Shown here piece after piece: positions 61,781 to 64,000 of a DNA stretch of 64,000 bases. Each line of letters starts with the position of its first letter. Position 1 is the first letter of the stretch. The position numbers and the translations under genes were made by a program. The notes beneath the pieces are model-generated. The model had not been told where the DNA came from and made no database searches. It was given only the letters and a program-made list of their open reading frames with translations. This DNA comes from Dehalococcoidia bacterium (GTDB lineage: Bacteria; Chloroflexota; Dehalococcoidia; Plut-88900): contig OZ240215.1 of the NCBI GenBank assembly GCA_965197585.1, forward strand, positions 1,984,001-2,048,000. The letters are read 5' to 3'.

Positions 61781-62218
61781 CTACTTGGGCGCTTCCCAGA
61801 GGGTGTAGTAGTTCTTGCCCGTGATTACTGCGGCAATTTCCTCTGCGTCCAGCTGCAGCAGCTTCTCGTAGCAGGTGTTGCATTTGCCGATGATTTCCCG
61901 GTTCCCGGTGAACATCATCCGCTCGATGATCTTATTCCAGAGGCCCAGCCGCATGAGGCTCTTGACCTGCTTGGGCCAGGGAATGATGGTGACGCTTTCG
62001 GGGCGGGGGAAGCGGGGGCGCATGCGCTTTATGGAGCGCAGCCGGTCATCTACGGACTCGGCCATGGGTACGACTCTGGCCATAGGGCCGTCTTCCAAGT
62101 CCGACCGGGTGTCGAGCACCAAGGACTTGCGAAGCATGGGGAAAAGTATAGAGATCACTTCGGCGGTCTCTATGGTTGTGGATATCTCGTCCAGGTCGAT
62201 GCGAAATTCACCGTCCAT
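61781..62218 (-). CDS. Hypothetical protein downstream of etfA
   Basis: 145-aa ORF with SD AGGAGG; same strand as etfBA. Confidence 0.7.
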   Translation of the reverse strand: MDGEFRIDLDEISTTIETAEVISILFPMLRKSLVLDTRSDLEDGPMARVVPMAESVDDRLRSIKRMRPRFPRPESVTIIPWPKQVKSLMRLGLWNKIIERMMFTGNREIIGKCNTCYEKLLQLDAEEIAAVITGKNYYTLWEAPK

Positions 62219-62257
62219 CTGTTCCCTCCTGCCTGCTAAAGGACCAGGGAAGCCGAT

Positions 62258-63262
62258 TTACGAAGATGCCAAAAGCTCTTTGCACTTTTCGTGGAACGCC
62301 GGCATGACCTGTTTGAAATCACCGACGGCCCCATACCTGGAGTCCTTGAAGACGTTGGCATCCGCGTCCTTGTTGACCGCAACAATGACCTTGGAGCCGA
62401 GGCAGCCCGACATGTGCTGGCTCGCTCCCGACAGGGCGACGGCAATATACAGGTCGGGGCTGACAACCCTCCCCGTAATGCCTATCTGCACTGAGGGGGA
62501 GATGTAGCCCGAGTCGCAGGCTGCCCTGGTCGCGCCTATCAACCCGCCAAGGGACTTGGCAACCTCAGCCAACTCCTGGAAGGCCTCGGAACTGCCGACA
62601 CCCCTGCCCCCTGCGATGATGGCCGGCGCCTCTTCCAGTTTCATGCCGGCGGCTTCCGCCTTGACCCGGTCAACAACCTTGGTCTTGGCAACCGAGGCAT
62701 CCACCGAGGGCTGCCAGTCAACTATCTCACCGGACGCGGAGCCGTCGTATTCAGAAGGCTGCAGGGTCTTGGCCCGGACTGTGGCCATCTGCGGGCTGGA
62801 GCCCTCGACGACGACCTGGGCCTGGGCGTTACCGCCATAGACGGGCCGAGTCTGGACCATCAGGTTGGATTCGGAGTCAATGTTTAGGTCGGTGCAGTCG
62901 GTGCCGATGCCGGTGTCGAGTCGGAACGCGAGCCTGGGCCCGAGGTCCCGGCCGATCTCTGAGTGCGCCATGAGCACTATTGACGGCGAAGTCTCACCGA
63001 TCAGGGCAGCAAGAGCCGCGGTGTATAGATCAGAGTCATAGGTGCCAAGTACGCCGCCCTCGGCACAGTAGACTTTGCCTGCCCCATGAGCGACCATCTC
63101 TTCGGCTGCGACCTTGGCGCCGTCGCCGGCCACCACCCCTACTACGCTTTCGCCCAAGGTCCCGGCCATCTCAGATGCCTTGCCCAGAATCTCCTTGGAA
63201 GTTCCGCTCAATCCGTCATCGGCGACTTCGCCAAAGACCAGGATTCCACTATTCTCCGCCAT
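62258..63262 (-). CDS. etfA: Electron transfer flavoprotein alpha subunit
   Basis: [37 protein letters not shown]. Confidence 0.95.
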   Translation of the reverse strand: MAENSGILVFGEVADDGLSGTSKEILGKASEMAGTLGESVVGVVAGDGAKVAAEEMVAHGAGKVYCAEGGVLGTYDSDLYTAALAALIGETSPSIVLMAHSEIGRDLGPRLAFRLDTGIGTDCTDLNIDSESNLMVQTRPVYGGNAQAQVVVEGSSPQMATVRAKTLQPSEYDGSASGEIVDWQPSVDASVAKTKVVDRVKAEAAGMKLEEAPAIIAGGRGVGSSEAFQELAEVAKSLGGLIGATRAACDSGYISPSVQIGITGRVVSPDLYIAVALSGASQHMSGCLGSKVIVAVNKDADANVFKDSRYGAVGDFKQVMPAFHEKCKELLASS

Positions 63263-63298
63263 TGTTAAGACCCTCCTGATACGTACGGGCTGAGCCGG

Positions 63299-64000
63299 TT
63301 AGATAATTTTGTCTTCTCGTAGCTTGAGCGCGAGGTTTGCGCCGATCTCGGCGGGACTGTCGCCCGGGATGAATTCGCACTGGGAGACCTTTTCGGGCTG
63401 GAAGAGTTTCATAATCTTCACCTTGGAGCCCGAGAGCCCGACGCCCGAGGCATCGAGCCCCAGGTCCCCGGCAGACCAGACGGTTGGCTTCTTGCGTCCC
63501 GCCGCCATTATGCCGCGAAGGGTCGGATATCGGGGTTCGCCCAGCTCGTTGCTGACGGTGACGACCACCGGAGGCGCGGCCTCAACGACCTCGTAACCGT
63601 CGGCGACAACCTTCTCGACCCTGACGACCCCGTCATTCACCTTAACGTCGCGAGCTATGGGGATGATGGGAATGCCGAGCATCTCCGCGATGCCGGCCCC
63701 GACCAGGCCCGTGTCGAAGTCCGAGGACTGTCGGCCGCAGATGATCATGTCGAAATCGGAGATCTTGCGGATGGCAGCGGTCAGGACTTTGGCAGTGGCG
63801 TAGTCATCCGAGTCCTCGAAAGCGTCGTCTTGAAGAAGGACGAGCTCGTCGGCGCCCATGGACAGAGGCTTCTTAATCACATCGGAGACGAGATTAGTGC
63901 CCATGGAGAGGACGGTGATCTTGACGTCTCCGCCCTCTTTCAACCGAAGCGCAGCCTCGACGGCCTGCTCGTCATACCCGTTGATAACGGGGGGAATGCC
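63299..64000 (-). CDS. etfB: Electron transfer flavoprotein beta subunit (5' end beyond window)
   Basis: MGADE.VL, CGRQSSDFDTG.VG, EPRYPTLRGIM. Confidence 0.93.
   Translation of the reverse strand, partial: GIPPVINGYDEQAVEAALRLKEGGDVKITVLSMGTNLVSDVIKKPLSMGADELVLLQDDAFEDSDDYATAKVLTAAIRKISDFDMIICGRQSSDFDTGLVGAGIAEMLGIPIIPIARDVKVNDGVVRVEKVVADGYEVVEAAPPVVVTVSNELGEPRYPTLRGIMAAGRKKPTVWSAGDLGLDASGVGLSGSKVKIMKLFQPEKVSQCEFIPGDSPAEIGANLALKLREDKII

Overview
GC-rich bacterial chromosome segment. Gene content (many Amidohydro_2, luciferase-like monooxygenase, Rieske and CaiB/BaiF paralogs beside Chloroflexota-style housekeeping operons) suggests Dehalococcoidia/SAR202-like Chloroflexota; this is inference only. 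0-21 kb is a catabolic paralog cluster: 5 amidohydrolases, 2 LLMs, a Rieske oxygenase, a D-aminoacylase, an HcnABC/opine-oxidase-like trio, a cupin-globin fusion and 3 CoA-transferases. 22-35 kb holds thrS, tRNA-Pro, rsmI, a PIN module, sthA and tRNA-Val. 35-64 kb holds nusA-ylxR-infB-rbfA-truB, a patA-pimA-pgsA-like lipid cluster, frameshifted prfB, nfi, infC-rpmI-rplT, rex, an F1Fo ATP synthase operon with unusual insertions, hicB with a dead hicA, an EF-G paralog and etfAB. The top observation is two diverged, oppositely oriented ~0.76-0.8 kb non-coding elements (588-1386 +, 31474-32231 -). They share a sigma70-like promoter, a start-less Shine-Dalgarno, covarying helices enclosing dissimilar hairpin-rich ~400-nt interiors, and an IS481-like terminus; they are a candidate large structured RNA or non-autonomous mobile element family that I do not recognise. 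No rRNA, CRISPR array, integrase or transposase was seen.
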